Shown: positions 10,128-19,526, numbered from the stretch's first letter. The stretch: 64,000 nucleotides of DNA from Thermoplasmatota archaeon (GCA_029762535.1 JARVGK010000014.1:8750-72749), one strand, 5' to 3'. The notes: generated by a model from the sequence alone, not told the origin. Made by a program: numbers and translations.

Positions 10128-10515
10128 GGGCGATCCCCAGAGCGAGCATGATCATGCTCTCCGGGATCTCCTCGTAGGTTTCTCCGCATGCATCTATCGT
10201 CCTGCAATTGGATGATCCGCACACGCCGGAGCAGGGGCTGGATCCGGTAGTGGCTCCTATCCAGTCCTCTATCCTCTTCCCGTCTATCAGTATCTCGTTC
10301 GAGAGGAGAGGGTCCTTCTCGAAGCGCTCTTTGGGGATCTCCTCCTGATGGAGATCGACCTTGATCCTCTTTGGCTCGAGGAGGGCGTTGACCTTGGCGA
10401 CGGCGCTTTCAATGTTCTCTCCTGTCGAGGAGCAGCGCCCGCAGGTGGACCCGTTCTCGACGAGCCTCCTCCACTCGACGATTATCGTGCGATGCATGCG
10501 CGGGTCATCGAACAT
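10105..10515 (-). CDS. DUF2703-like Cys-rich protein
   Basis: TCGRCSSTG, SNEILIDG..IEDWIG, SPC..VCG..CRT, ETYEEIP pattern. Confidence 0.75.
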   Translation of the reverse strand: MFDDPRMHRTIIVEWRRLVENGSTCGRCSSTGENIESAVAKVNALLEPKRIKVDLHQEEIPKERFEKDPLLSNEILIDGKRIEDWIGATTGSSPCSGVCGSSNCRTIDACGETYEEIPESMIMLALGIALKERGWA

Positions 10516-10626
10516 CTATTATTTATCGTTCATGGAGGTGATCGGCAGGATCCATCCAGTGATCTTGAATGTCAAAGAACGATAATAATATATCTTGATG
10601 TGAGGATTTATGGTCTGGGGCATCGA

Positions 10627-11967
10627 ATGAATGTAAGGACCGACGATATCATACTATTCTCTATAGGTTATCTTAGAGGCAGGCAGAAAGAGGTTCCATC
10701 GTTGGACAAGAGGAAACTCTCCACAGCCCTGGACATCAAGACGGATACCCTTAACAAGAGACTCTCGGAGATGAGGAGGGCGAAGATCCTCGAAAAGCAG
10801 AGGATCGATGGCGTCTGCGGTCATGTCCTGACCGGGATCGGCCGTGAGCGTTACAGGGAGATCCACAAGAGGATCATGGACCTCGAGCTGAGACCTGACC
10901 TTCATTCCGTCTCTGAACTCTGCCGTCTGGGCGATGTGATAGAATATCTGAGTGATCCGTACAACGTCGTCCGCGTTGCATACTGCGTATCGAGATCGAA
11001 ACCCCTGGATGCGGTGCACCTGATCCAGGACGACAGGGCGATGCGTCCAGGTTCGAAGGAGAACGCGATGATCAACGAGCTGGTGCTAACCGATGGGAAG
11101 GCGGACCGTTCGATCAACGACCTCATCGAGGAGCTGACACTCGTTGGAAAGAGAGGGCCCGCTCTTGAAGACCCTCGATCGTTCGATTCGGTGCCCTATG
11201 CGATAATCTCTGCCGAGATGAAGATGCGCAGGGGATCCGATCTCGAGGCGATGGCGATCTATGGGTCGCTACTCAGGGACAGGGCCGGTCTTGATCCCGC
11301 GTATTGGATATTCTGCATAATCGGGATCATCAAATGCACGAAGGTCCTTGAGGGGCAGGAAAAGGCGCTGGAGCTCGTTGAGCGGTCCCTTTATGCGGTC
11401 AAGGACCCCGCCTTCAGGGCCATGCTGAACAAGAACAAGGGAGATATACTGCAGGACATGAAGAGATATTCCGAGTCGGAGGAGACCTACAGATCGGTCC
11501 TTATGGCATTGAAAAGGCTGCAAATGCCAAATCTGAAAGTTATGGTATTGAACAATCTCGGAGTACTTTATTTCAGACAAGGCCTGGAAGATAAGGCCAA
11601 AGATCGCTGGAAGAAGGCCCGGACGATATCGGTACGGGAGGATCTGCCCTGGGTCGAAGCGATATGCAACGTCAATCTATCTGATGTCTATGCCCGTGCG
11701 GGTCAATTCAAGAACGCAAAGGAGCTGTTGAGTAAGTCGAAGCAGTACTTTCTCAGCATCAACGATCTCGAGGGACTATCTGGATATGATTTCAACATGG
11801 CCCTGGTTTGTGTCGAGGAGGGCAATCGGGACCTTGCCCTTCATTATTTCAGCCGATGTGAGGATTTTCCCCTACAGTATTTGAAGAAGAGGGCCGAGAG
11901 GAGGGCCGTGCTGATCGAAAGGTTCGAGAGAAGGGGATGGGAAAAACCCTTTGATGCAAATATTTAA
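10627..11967 (+). CDS. Winged-HTH plus TPR-repeat regulator, paralogue 1
   Basis: Start reassigned to ATG 10627 by alignment with paralogue 2. N-terminal wHTH ends ..HVLTGIGRE. C-terminal TPR helices include LNNLGVLYFRQG, NVNLSDVY and DFNMALV. Confidence 0.8.
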   Translation: MNVRTDDIILFSIGYLRGRQKEVPSLDKRKLSTALDIKTDTLNKRLSEMRRAKILEKQRIDGVCGHVLTGIGRERYREIHKRIMDLELRPDLHSVSELCRLGDVIEYLSDPYNVVRVAYCVSRSKPLDAVHLIQDDRAMRPGSKENAMINELVLTDGKADRSINDLIEELTLVGKRGPALEDPRSFDSVPYAIISAEMKMRRGSDLEAMAIYGSLLRDRAGLDPAYWIFCIIGIIKCTKVLEGQEKALELVERSLYAVKDPAFRAMLNKNKGDILQDMKRYSESEETYRSVLMALKRLQMPNLKVMVLNNLGVLYFRQGLEDKAKDRWKKARTISVREDLPWVEAICNVNLSDVYARAGQFKNAKELLSKSKQYFLSINDLEGLSGYDFNMALVCVEEGNRDLALHYFSRCEDFPLQYLKKRAERRAVLIERFERRGWEKPFDANI

Positions 11968-12065
11968 ATAGTGGGTATATAAAATTAATTCAAAGGATAT
12001 AAATAGTCCGAAAGAATATATAAATGAAAATGGTTCTTTGCGCATCTTTCGAAAGATATATCATC
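11963..12065 (+). promoter_or_regulatory. Diverged copy B of the downstream element
   Basis: Shares TAAATAGTGG.TATAT, ATAGTCC, ATATATAAATGA and CGCAT blocks with copy C in the same register. Carries a different perfect palindrome, ATCTTTCGAAAGAT (12044-12057). Confidence 0.6.
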
Positions 12066-12084
12066 GAATAGAAAATCTCGCTTG

Positions 12085-12159
12085 ATGTACGAACAAGGGG
12101 TAATGGAGCTGGAATGGATGCACTTCATCCCAACCATACGTGATCCACAGTTGAGATAA
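12085..12159 (+). CDS. Putative 24-aa peptide MYEQGVMELEWMHFIPTIRDPQLR
   Basis: Small ORF between the two TPR genes, starting about 25 nt after the TATA-like ATATAT of element B. Confidence 0.3.
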   Translation: MYEQGVMELEWMHFIPTIRDPQLR

Positions 12160-12253
12160 GGGTCCATTCATCATGTGGATAGATGAATTTGAATACTTGG
12201 GATAATAACGATAGAAATATATCATCGATGTTGTATTCATAGCAATAGGGTTA

Positions 12254-13597
12254 ATGGTGAATGTAGGAACGAACGACCTCATGATCTTCTCGATAGGATA
12301 CCTGCGAGGCAGGCAGAAGGAGGTCATGCCGATCAATAAGAAGCAGTTCGCAGAGGTCCTTGATGTAAGCGGCGAGACCATCAACAGGAACCTCGCCACC
12401 ATGAGAAAGGTTGGAATGATAGTCAAGGTGAAGAAGGACGGCGTCCTGGGCCATGCGCTTGCGGAGAAGGGCCGGGAACGCTACAGGGAGATCCACTCCC
12501 GGATGATGGATATGGACCTCAAGCCCGATCTGCATTCCGTCTCTAACCTCTGCCGACTGGAGGATGTCATAGAGTATCTGAGGGATCCCTACCACATCGT
12601 TCTTTTGGCATATTCGGTATCCAGGGGGAAGAAGCTTGATGTCGTGGACCTGATCAGGCTGGATCGGGCCAGGAGGCCGGGGTCCAAGGAGAACGAGATA
12701 ATAAACGAGCTTCTGCGGACCAAGGGAAGCGTCGGACAGTCCATGAACGAGCTCATAGAGGACCTCACCCTCGTCGGAAAGAAGGACCCGGGGATCGGCG
12801 ACGATCTGGATTACGACTCCGTGCCCAACGCCTTGATCACCGCCGAGATGAGGATACGCCGTGGCAGGGACCTGGATGCCAGGAGAATATACCAGACCCT
12901 CCTCAGGAACAGGGCGAAGCTGGACCCCGCTTATTGGATCTTCTGCATCATCGGGCTTATAAGATGCACCAAGGTGCTCGAGGGCCAGGAGAGCGCCCTA
13001 GAGCTCGCGGACCGTTTCCTGGAAACGGTCGAGGATCCCGCCTATAAGGCGATGTTGAAGAAGATCAAAGCGGACATACTTCAGGACATGAAGAGGTTTA
13101 AGGAGTCTGAGGAGACGTATAATTCGATAATCAAGACGCTAAAGAGGATAAATATGCCTCATTTGAATATGATGGTCCTGAACAACGTAGGGGTACTCCA
13201 CTTCAGGCAGGGTAGGGAAGATAAGGCCGTCGATTGTTGGAAAAAGGCCAGGACAATTGCTGTCAAGAATGACCTCAAATGGGCGGAAGCGATATCCAAT
13301 GTTAATTTATCAGATACTTATGCAAAGGAAGGAAATCTAAAGACTGCAAAAGAGATATTAAGAAAGTCTAAGAAAATATTTGAGAAGATCGACGATCAGG
13401 AAGGGATGTCAGAGTACAATTTCAACATGGCTCTTGTAACTGTAGAATATGGGAACCGAGAGCTTGCGCTGGATTATTTCAAACGCTGCGAGGATTTCCC
13501 GCTTCAGTACAGGGAGAAGAGGGTTGAGAGAAGAGAAGTCATCAACGAGAGGTTCGAAAAGAAGGGGTGGGAAAAACCCTTTAATGGAAAACTATAA
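12254..13597 (+). CDS. Winged-HTH plus TPR-repeat regulator, paralogue 2
   Basis: Colinear with 10627-11967 (FSIGYLRGRQKEV, PDLHSVS, LDPAYWIFCIIG, RCEDFPLQY, GWEKPF). Confidence 0.85.
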   Translation: MVNVGTNDLMIFSIGYLRGRQKEVMPINKKQFAEVLDVSGETINRNLATMRKVGMIVKVKKDGVLGHALAEKGRERYREIHSRMMDMDLKPDLHSVSNLCRLEDVIEYLRDPYHIVLLAYSVSRGKKLDVVDLIRLDRARRPGSKENEIINELLRTKGSVGQSMNELIEDLTLVGKKDPGIGDDLDYDSVPNALITAEMRIRRGRDLDARRIYQTLLRNRAKLDPAYWIFCIIGLIRCTKVLEGQESALELADRFLETVEDPAYKAMLKKIKADILQDMKRFKESEETYNSIIKTLKRINMPHLNMMVLNNVGVLHFRQGREDKAVDCWKKARTIAVKNDLKWAEAISNVNLSDTYAKEGNLKTAKEILRKSKKIFEKIDDQEGMSEYNFNMALVTVEYGNRELALDYFKRCEDFPLQYREKRVERREVINERFEKKGWEKPFNGKL

Positions 13598-13695
13598 ATA
13601 GTGGTTATATATATTTTTCCGATTAATTTCTTATAGTCCTATTTTATATATAAATGATATTTTTAAAAACGCATGTTTTTAAAAAGGTATATATC
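13593..13695 (+). promoter_or_regulatory. Conserved element, copy C, with 11-bp-arm inverted repeat
   Basis: TTTTTAAAAAC-GCAT-GTTTTTAAAAA (13660-13685), then GG-TATATAT, then ATG 13719 about 25 nt later (leaderless-type spacing). Confidence 0.8.
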
Positions 13696-13718
13696 AAAAA
13701 CCCCGGATAAATTATTCC

Positions 13719-14405
13719 ATGACCCGAAACCACCTTCTCCTGATGATCAGTACGCTGACAATCCTCGCCTTTGCGATCCCCCTTCTCGAAGGAGCGGATG
13801 CTGAGGCGACCGAGGACATGAAGAGCCTTGTGATAGTGTCCGGATTCGGAGGATACTCCGTTCATGAGCTGGACAAGGCCGCCTCCTTCCGGTCCCATCT
13901 TCTCGATTCATGCTCGCAGGACGACATGGTCTATCTGACCAAGGCCGGAATATTCGGCTCCGACGGCACCGCAACGGTAGCTAACCTCGAGGACGCCTTC
14001 GAGTGGCTGATCACCGTCAGCGGACCGGAAACCAGGGTCGCCGTATACATAATGGACCATGCGCAGATGATCAACAATCAACCCCATTTCAGGTTCGAGG
14101 ACGGATCGATATCCGCTTCCACGATAGATGGGTGGCTGGACCAGATATCATCCTCCGATATTACCATCATATTGAACGGAGAGAGGTCCGGCCTTGGGGG
14201 GCCCTCCCTCGCTGGGTCCTCCAGGGACGTGATCTGCTCCATGATGTCGAGCCAGACGTACTGTCCCGACAACTTCGACATCGCAAGAAGCCTGGGAGAT
14301 CCCGCTGCGGACTCCGATGACGACGGGACCGTGTCCTACATCGAGGCCTTCAATTACGAAAAGGCCCGGATCCAGAGCACGGGACAGGTCCCGATCCTCT
14401 GCTGA
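13719..14405 (+). CDS. Secreted caspase/C13 (clan CD)-like protein, catalytic Cys apparently absent
   Basis: Signal peptide, TATVANLEDAFEWL, YIMDHA (His site), ILNGERSG at the expected xxCxSG site, ADSDDDGTVSYIEAFNY. Confidence 0.6.
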   Translation: MTRNHLLLMISTLTILAFAIPLLEGADAEATEDMKSLVIVSGFGGYSVHELDKAASFRSHLLDSCSQDDMVYLTKAGIFGSDGTATVANLEDAFEWLITVSGPETRVAVYIMDHAQMINNQPHFRFEDGSISASTIDGWLDQISSSDITIILNGERSGLGGPSLAGSSRDVICSMMSSQTYCPDNFDIARSLGDPAADSDDDGTVSYIEAFNYEKARIQSTGQVPILC

Positions 14406-14407
14406 AG

Positions 14408-15652
14408 ATGCACAACATCGACGTGAACGAGGATCCCAAGGGACGGGAGCTCTTCAAGGCTTCCGCTCCCGTTAAGGCCAGCGAACGCTTTATCGAACAT
14501 CACCAGAACGGATCCGCATCGGTCCTGACGCAGCGAAGCATATGCACCCAGGACCTCGGTCTGATACTCCTCGATCCCGAAGACAGGGTGCCGACCGACG
14601 AGGTCATCAAATATCACGAGACCCGCTATCGAGCCATCGTCGAGAACAGCATGGACAACATATACATATGCGATGCCGACAGCGGAAGGGTGATCGAGTC
14701 CAACGGTTCCATGCAGCGCCTCCTTGGATATTCCAGGGGGGAGATGGAGCGCATGACGGTGTTCGATTTCCTGGACCATCCCAAGGACGATGTCAAGGCC
14801 TTCATCCAGCGCATTTTCGAGAAAGGGACCCTGAAGATCAAGGACAGGCGCTACAGGAGAAAGGACGGCTCCCTTGTGGACATCGAGGCGACCTGCTGCG
14901 CGATCGATGAGGGGGGAAGGCGTCTCCTCTGCGTCGTCTCAAGGGACATGCGTGAGATCAAGGAGTACGAGAAAAAGCTCGTCGAGGAGAGGAACAGGGC
15001 CGAGCTCTACCTCGACATACTCGGCCACGACATAGGTAACCTACATCACGGCATAATGGGGTTCGTGGGCCTGTGCAAGCAGTTCGAGGGCGATCCCGAA
15101 AAGCTTGGATGCTACATCAACAGCATAGACTCCCTGACGATGAGGTCGGTCCACCTTGTGCAGAACCTGAATTATCTTTCGAGCATCGCATCCCAGCCCG
15201 AGGAGCTGGTGGAGATCGACCCCGGCGCCGTGATAAGCTCCTGCATCGAAACGGTCAGAGGATCGATCCCGTGGAAGGCCCCCGTCTTCGAGGTGGATAT
15301 GCCCTCGGACATCACCGTCATGGCGGATCCCAACATAGAGCATGCCTTCTACAACATCCTCCACAACGCTGTGAAGTACCAGGATCCACAGATGCCCCTG
15401 ATAAAGATCACGTCCAGAGAGACCGGGGACGGCTATCTGCTCATAAGGGTCAGGGATTTCGGTCGGGGGATCCCGCCCTCGATGCAGAGGGAGGTCCTGA
15501 ACAGGACCGACCTGAAAAAGAAGCATGGGGGGCTGGGGCTCTCGGTGGTCAGAGCATTAGTGGACCGGTCCGCAGGGAACGTCTGGATCGAGGATCCCAA
15601 TGACGGCAAGGGGGGTGTCATCGTCGTCATAGAGCTTCCCGTTTACATATGA
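14408..15652 (+). CDS. Cytoplasmic PAS-domain sensor histidine kinase
   Basis: PAS domain (YRAIVENSMD..RRKDGSLVDIE), H-box ILGHDIGN, N-box NILHNAVKY, DFGRGI, GGLGL. Confidence 0.9.
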   Translation: MHNIDVNEDPKGRELFKASAPVKASERFIEHHQNGSASVLTQRSICTQDLGLILLDPEDRVPTDEVIKYHETRYRAIVENSMDNIYICDADSGRVIESNGSMQRLLGYSRGEMERMTVFDFLDHPKDDVKAFIQRIFEKGTLKIKDRRYRRKDGSLVDIEATCCAIDEGGRRLLCVVSRDMREIKEYEKKLVEERNRAELYLDILGHDIGNLHHGIMGFVGLCKQFEGDPEKLGCYINSIDSLTMRSVHLVQNLNYLSSIASQPEELVEIDPGAVISSCIETVRGSIPWKAPVFEVDMPSDITVMADPNIEHAFYNILHNAVKYQDPQMPLIKITSRETGDGYLLIRVRDFGRGIPPSMQREVLNRTDLKKKHGGLGLSVVRALVDRSAGNVWIEDPNDGKGGVIVVIELPVYI

Positions 15653-15697
15653 GATCCCACCTGCAAAGCTCTTAAGGGTGTTCTACGCTTCCCCGGC

Positions 15698-16480
15698 ATG
15701 GGCAGATTGACGATGATAGGCCTCGGGATCTCCGACGAGAGGGGGATCTCCATCGAGGGCCTGGAGCGGCTCAAGGGCGCTGACGCGGCCTTCGCGGAGT
15801 TCTTCACGTCCATACTCACAGAAGGGTCCATGGAGCGCCTGGAGGCCCTGTGCGGAAGAAGGATAGAGATGCTGGACAGGAAGTGCGTCGAGGACGAGGA
15901 CCGGATACTCTCATCGCTCAGGGAACATGAGGATGTCTGCTTTCTCACGGCCGGGGATCCCCTTGCCGCCACAACGCATCAGGAGATCCGGCTCCGATCC
16001 CTCAAGGCCGGCCACAGGGTGGATGTCATCCACTCAGCATCCATATACACGGCCGCGGCCGGGGCCGCGGGGCTGCAGCATTACAAGTTCGGGAGGACGA
16101 CCACGATCCCCTTCCCAGAAGGGGATTACCTGCCCACGTCCCCTCTCGAGATCATCTTGGAGAACAGGGAAAGGGGATTGCATACGTTATGCCTTCTCGA
16201 CATTCAGGCGGATCGGGGCAGGTACATGACCGTTCATGATGCATGCTCGGTCCTTATCCAAATGGCCGGGAAGCTGGGAACCGAAAAGATCGATCCCACG
16301 ACGATGGTCGTGGGGATCGCCAGGGCGGGGCGAAATGACGCGAAGGTCGCCTTCGCCTCCCTCTCCGCTCTTCTATCAGAGGACATGGGCGATCCACCGC
16401 ACTGCCTCATTGTTCCGGGAAGGCTCCATTTCATGGAGGAAGAGATGCTAGATCTCTTCAGGATCGGGCGATCCGGATAG
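15698..16480 (+). CDS. dph5: Diphthine synthase
   Basis: IGLGI, AEFFTS, GDPLAATTH, GLQHYKFGRTTT, GLHTLCLLDI, PPHCLIVPGRLHFMEEE. Confidence 0.95.
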   Translation: MGRLTMIGLGISDERGISIEGLERLKGADAAFAEFFTSILTEGSMERLEALCGRRIEMLDRKCVEDEDRILSSLREHEDVCFLTAGDPLAATTHQEIRLRSLKAGHRVDVIHSASIYTAAAGAAGLQHYKFGRTTTIPFPEGDYLPTSPLEIILENRERGLHTLCLLDIQADRGRYMTVHDACSVLIQMAGKLGTEKIDPTTMVVGIARAGRNDAKVAFASLSALLSEDMGDPPHCLIVPGRLHFMEEEMLDLFRIGRSG

Positions 16481-16488
16481 GATCCCCC

Positions 16489-18150
16489 TCAGGGGACGAT
16501 GAAATTCTTGGTCGTGGCCATGACGAGAAGAAGGACCGTTCCGAGTAGGATGCCGATCCTTGATAGGTTGTAGGCTTTTTCCGTCATGCGGCCTGTGCGC
16601 TCGTTCCGTCTCTGGCTCCATGCCAGGCCGAAGGCTATCAGCGATAGCGGCATGAATATCAGACCTGCGAGGGAAAGCTTGTAGGCTAGCTTTGAATCCC
16701 TTTCTATGTTGATCTTCGAATTCGCGGGACCTTCCCTGAGGTCCACCCATTCGACCTCTCCCTCCTCGAGAACCTTCAATCTCTCGATGATGTACCACTT
16801 CTCCCGCTTGGCACCCGGTCGGTAACCACCCATAAGGGCCTTCTGGAGAACGGAAAAAAGCCATTCCACGCTGCCGATGAACCCGATCCTCGACCAGAGC
16901 CTAAGGATGAGGTCCCAGTATATCACTATAAGGGCCGTGACCACGAGGGTCGTCGTGAAACCGTCCTTTGACCCGAAGACCGTCACCCCTGGTATCAAGG
17001 AGAGCACGAACCGCAGCGGTGAGTCGAAGTATTGGAACGTGTATACGGTGAGCGAGGCGATCGCGAACCGTCTGACCGGGGTCAGGGTCCTCGCGAATAC
17101 CTTAGAGGCGCCTCTATATTCTATCAACCTCAACATTAGGAATATCAGAGCGATCTGGCCTCCCACCGTGAATATCATCAACGGAAGCCAGGCGTTCATC
17201 TCCATGATGAGATAGGTGTTGTCCTTCAAATTGGTCCATGAATCCAGCCCCATATACCAGAACCCGACAAGGCCGAGGAGGCCGGTCACGGTCAGGGCGA
17301 GACCTGCGAAGATGCCCTTCTTGGCCATCGTTACGGGAGGCCGGTCCATCGAGAGCATGGTGCCGATGGCGCATCCTATGAAAGCGAAGAAGAGGAACGG
17401 AAAGAGGGGCTCGGTCTGTCCTGCAAGGGGCCCAAGAAAGAACAGGACGACCATCTGAAGAGGCCCCGTCACCCCTTCTAGCGGATACTGGACCATACGA
17501 TCGCTCCCGGGATAGGTGGCGAGCGGGTATCCCGGCACCACCAGGTCGGCCAACTCCCAGGCGAGCGGGGTCAGAGCGAGCACCAGAAGGGCCAAAAGCA
17601 CGAAGACCTTGACGTTCCGGCGGTCCATCCTGAAACCTCCTTTTCGGTATAGCGACCACTGGACAAGTGAGCATATGATGATGCTCCATGCGATCGTATG
17701 AAGTGTCATGAAGTGGAATCCTCTGAAGAATATCCTGGGCGCATACCTCTGAACGACATCGAGGAAGGAAGCATCGCCGCTTGGATCGAAGTAGGCGACC
17801 CTACCTATGAACCCGTGATGCCCGAGGGTGGACTCGATCGCGAAGGCGAACACCAATAGTAATATGCCGCCCACTATCTGTCTGATGATGACCTTGTTCA
17901 GGTCCCGTCCCTTCTTCAGCTGCCCTCTCGATGAGAGTATGTGTGAGATGATCGATATCATCAGGAACAGTCCGGTGAATCCGCTCAGGTAGGCAAGGCC
18001 CAATAGGAACATGACGTCGATCATCATGAGGTCTCCGGACCGTTCAGATGAGATGAAGGACCGGTCGAAGACAGCCGAGAACGTATGGGCGCACACCATG
18101 AGCATGATGCACAACCCACGCACAAGGTCGATGGTTAGGATCCGCTTCAT
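16489..18150 (-). CDS. Multi-pass membrane protein, transmembrane acyltransferase-like (DUF1624/HGSNAT/AT3 superfamily), paralogue A
   Basis: N-terminal RILTIDLVRGLCIMLMVCAH, PLFPFL, many TM segments. Confidence 0.7.
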   Translation of the reverse strand: MKRILTIDLVRGLCIMLMVCAHTFSAVFDRSFISSERSGDLMMIDVMFLLGLAYLSGFTGLFLMISIISHILSSRGQLKKGRDLNKVIIRQIVGGILLLVFAFAIESTLGHHGFIGRVAYFDPSGDASFLDVVQRYAPRIFFRGFHFMTLHTIAWSIIICSLVQWSLYRKGGFRMDRRNVKVFVLLALLVLALTPLAWELADLVVPGYPLATYPGSDRMVQYPLEGVTGPLQMVVLFFLGPLAGQTEPLFPFLFFAFIGCAIGTMLSMDRPPVTMAKKGIFAGLALTVTGLLGLVGFWYMGLDSWTNLKDNTYLIMEMNAWLPLMIFTVGGQIALIFLMLRLIEYRGASKVFARTLTPVRRFAIASLTVYTFQYFDSPLRFVLSLIPGVTVFGSKDGFTTTLVVTALIVIYWDLILRLWSRIGFIGSVEWLFSVLQKALMGGYRPGAKREKWYIIERLKVLEEGEVEWVDLREGPANSKINIERDSKLAYKLSLAGLIFMPLSLIAFGLAWSQRRNERTGRMTEKAYNLSRIGILLGTVLLLVMATTKNFIVP

Positions 18151-18161
18151 GTAGGCTCACT

Positions 18162-19526
18162 TCATCCGGAAGCATGGCCACTGGCCATCACATCGAATCC
18201 TTTGGCCTTGATCCTCTGCCTGTACGATAGACTGATACCCAAAAGAAGGCGCGAGCTTTGCCAAATATTAGTATATTTCCTCATCTTCCATCCCCTTTTC
18301 AGTATGTTCTTCCACGAGTAGAACTCGGTGAGGACATGGCCGTGGCCGGCCTCGAGATCCTTTTTAGTCATCAATTTCGGTTCGAAAACGACATGGGAGT
18401 AATCGTACTTGGTCCAGTCCCGGTCCACGATCCTCCCGGTCCTGTTCCATTTATCGAACAGGTCGCTTCCGGGAAGCGGGGTAAGTACGGTCGCCTGTAG
18501 TGTATCGACGTTATTCTCCAGTAGGAACCTTAATGTCCGGTCGAAGACCTCTTTGGTGTCATTGTCATGTCCGAAGACAACGCTCGCCATGATCATGATC
18601 CCATTTTCATGCAGTTTTTTTATTAGACCTGGATATTCCTCTGGTTCGAGGAAACCCTTCTGGTCCTCTTTCAATGCTTCCTTTGAAAGGGATTCCAGAC
18701 CCATGAAGAGTGCCTTGAAACCGCAATCAACGGCTGCCTTCAACAGTTCATCATCATAGGCGATCGTGATGGATGTCTGGCCGAAAAAGGTCTTTTTCAG
18801 CGGGGTCAGGGCTTTGAACAGAGCGATCGCATATTCTCGATCGTAGGTCAGGTTATCATCAACGAACATAATGTATCTGCCAAGACCCTTAACCTCCCTT
18901 ACCACCTCACTCACGGGGCGTGTCCTGTGCTGATGTTTATACATAGAACAGATAGTACAGAAGCTGCATCTGTTGGCACATCCCCTGGTGGCCTGGACCG
19001 CATCAGCCAGCACATAGGAGCCTCTGTGAATGAGGCCCCTTGGGGGTAGAGGGAGGTTCCTGAGGTCCGCTCTGCCCAGGTCATATACCTTCTTCAGCTG
19101 CCCCCTCCTCCAGTCCTCCATCATCGTCGGAACGTTGGATTCGGCCTCTCCCACGCATATGGAGTCGCAATGCTGCAAGGCCTCCTCGATCATGGATGAT
19201 GGATGATAACCTCCAAGGATCACCGTCTTTCCACTCTTCCTGAACCGGTCAGCTATCTCATATCCCCTGGGAGCTACCGCTGACATCAGGGTCAAGCCGA
19301 TGATATCCGCATCGATGTCGAAATCGATCGGTTCTATGTCCTCGTCGACGATCCTCGACTCGACCCAATCAGGCATGGAGGCTACGACATACAGGCTCGG
19401 AAGCATGGAGAATCTGAAGTATTTGTTCTTGAACCTGGGCTTTCTATTTCGTTTAGCTCTTAGGAAATCCGCTGTCGGATTTATCAAAACGAACTTTACC
19501 CTTCTTATCTTCTCCTGGTCGTTCAT
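18162..19526 (-). CDS. B12-binding domain radical SAM protein
   Basis: LINP, VILGGYHPS, GEAE, ATRGCANRCSFC, FVDDN, GLES, TPLPGS. Start taken at ATG 19526; alternative 19556. Confidence 0.9.
   Translation of the reverse strand: MNDQEKIRRVKFVLINPTADFLRAKRNRKPRFKNKYFRFSMLPSLYVVASMPDWVESRIVDEDIEPIDFDIDADIIGLTLMSAVAPRGYEIADRFRKSGKTVILGGYHPSSMIEEALQHCDSICVGEAESNVPTMMEDWRRGQLKKVYDLGRADLRNLPLPPRGLIHRGSYVLADAVQATRGCANRCSFCTICSMYKHQHRTRPVSEVVREVKGLGRYIMFVDDNLTYDREYAIALFKALTPLKKTFFGQTSITIAYDDELLKAAVDCGFKALFMGLESLSKEALKEDQKGFLEPEEYPGLIKKLHENGIMIMASVVFGHDNDTKEVFDRTLRFLLENNVDTLQATVLTPLPGSDLFDKWNRTGRIVDRDWTKYDYSHVVFEPKLMTKKDLEAGHGHVLTEFYSWKNILKRGWKMRKYTNIWQSSRLLLGISLSYRQRIKAKGFDVMASGHASG

Noticed and set aside
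10348-10626. 93-aa N-terminal extension of TPR paralogue 1 in the ORF track
   Set aside because: It overlaps the DUF2703-like gene antisense and the promoter. Paralogue 2 aligns only from Met 10627.
12024-12071. 15-aa ORF MKMVLCASFERYIIE
   Set aside because: It lies inside the promoter element, upstream of its TATA-like box, and is not preserved in the other copies.
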